A DNA stretch of 52,538 nucleotides from Proteromonas lacertae (taxonomy: Eukaryota): the NCBI GenBank assembly GCA_002245135.1, contig NGBS01000046.1, positions 1 through 52,538 of the forward strand, written 5' to 3'. A program made the translations under genes and the position numbers. The notes below the pieces were generated by a model. That model did not search any database. It saw only the letters and a program-made list of their open reading frames with translations, and was not told the DNA's origin. Below, piece after piece: positions 51,614-52,538 of the stretch; the first letter of the stretch is position 1; the number at the start of each line of letters is the position of its first letter.

Positions 51614-51689
51614 TTAGAAAAATGAATAAAAAGCTTGTGAAAAACTTGTATTTTTGAATCAGTTATTTAATTTTTTTTATTTAATAAGA

Positions 51690-52538
51690 ATGCTGTTTTA
51701 TATCATTTATCTTTTAATATGCTGTTATACGTCATATGTATATTCCTGTAACTCAAATGAATGATTATGATGGGAAGTAATTGTGTTAATTTGTGAAAAT
51801 TGGTAATTAATTGTGATGGAACTAATAAAACATACTTGTAGTAGTGGTTATTATTGTCCACCAGGCTCTGATTCTCAGACAAATGTGCTGCTGGCAATTA
51901 TTGTCCTACTCCAAGTCAACAGCTGAAATGTTCAAGGTGGTAGTTATTGCCAGGCTGGTATACTCTACTAATGATTCAATGTGCTGCTGGCAATTATTGT
52001 CCTACTCCAAGTCAACAGCTGAAATGTTCAAGTGGTAGTTATTGTCCAGCTGGTTCTTCTACTAATGATCAAATGTGCTGCTGGCAATTATTGTCCTACT
52101 CCAAGTCAACAGCTGAAATGTTCAAGTGGTAGTTATTGTCCAGCTGGTATTACTTCTCCATCTCAATGTGCTGCTGGCAATTATTGTCCTACTCCAAGTC
52201 AACAGCTGAAATGTTCAAGTGGTAGTTATTGTCCAGCTGGTTCTTCTACTAATGATCAATGTGCTGCTGGCAATTATTGTCCTACTCCAGTCAACAGCTG
52301 AAATGTTCAAGTGGTAGTTATTGCCCAGCTGGTTCTTCTACTAATGATCAATGTGCTGCTGGCAATTATTGTCCTACTCCAAGTCAACAGCTGAAATGTT
52401 CAAGTGGTAGTTATTGTCCAGCTGGTATTACTTCTCCATTCTCAATGTGCTGCTGGCAATTATTGTCCTACTCCAAGTCAACAGCTGAAATGTTCAAGTG
52501 GTAGTATTGTCCAGCTGGTTCTTCTACTAATGATCAAT
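51690..52538 (+). CDS. Secreted/surface Cys-rich repeat protein (GCC2/GCC3-like C-x-x-G-x-Y-C-P repeats), runs off the right edge, many indels
   Basis: Hydrophobic start MLFYIIYLLICCYTSYVYSC, then CAAGNYCPTPSQQLKCSSGSYCPAG(SSTNDQ/ITSPSQ) units. Confidence 0.75.
51883..52538 (+). repeat. 93-bp (31-aa) tandem repeat with two unit variants, ~7 copies visible
   Basis: TGTGCTGCTGGCAATTATTGTCCTACTCC recurs about every 93 nt. Confidence 0.95.

Noticed and set aside
51883..52538. CRISPR-like array
   Set aside because: Eukaryotic context; the units are fully repeated coding sequence with no unique spacers and no cas genes.

Overview
AT-rich, very gene-dense eukaryotic nuclear DNA from a flagellated protist. 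Tiny 24-60 nt GTAT..AG introns, ~70-200 nt intergenic spacers and axonemal genes suggest (inference only) a Proteromonas-like gut stramenopile. About 25 spliced genes can be rebuilt by hand: a giant acidic tandem-repeat protein, a CDK-like kinase, a Cdc15/SepH-like MAP3K, DNAL1/LC1, a TPR protein, a two-finger CCCH protein, two PRELI paralogs, a HERP-like Ubl protein, an IAPF-repeat protein, an LRR protein, CABLES-like x2, TMEM107 (one intact, one truncated), a full-size PDR-type ABCG, a long-chain acyl-CoA synthetase, KAP3, an ankyrin-WW protein, a GT61-like protein, a coiled-coil protein, PACRG, minor-spliceosome U11/U12-35K and a Cys-rich repeat surface protein. Most notable: (1) a multicopy pseudokinase + RNI-like LRR family whose LRRs sit on same-phase exons and whose repeat number appears to have changed by recombination between LRR motifs; (2) a ~5.07 kb ABCG-bearing segment between two near-identical 2.38 kb direct repeats with reciprocal gene truncations; (3) a long intron with two AG|GTAAGT sites in the CCCH gene; (4) recurrent RGCTTG(A) and AAACG elements in the tiny promoters. 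Both window ends are tandem arrays with scattered indels that are probably consensus errors. All family calls come from motif recognition, not database searches.
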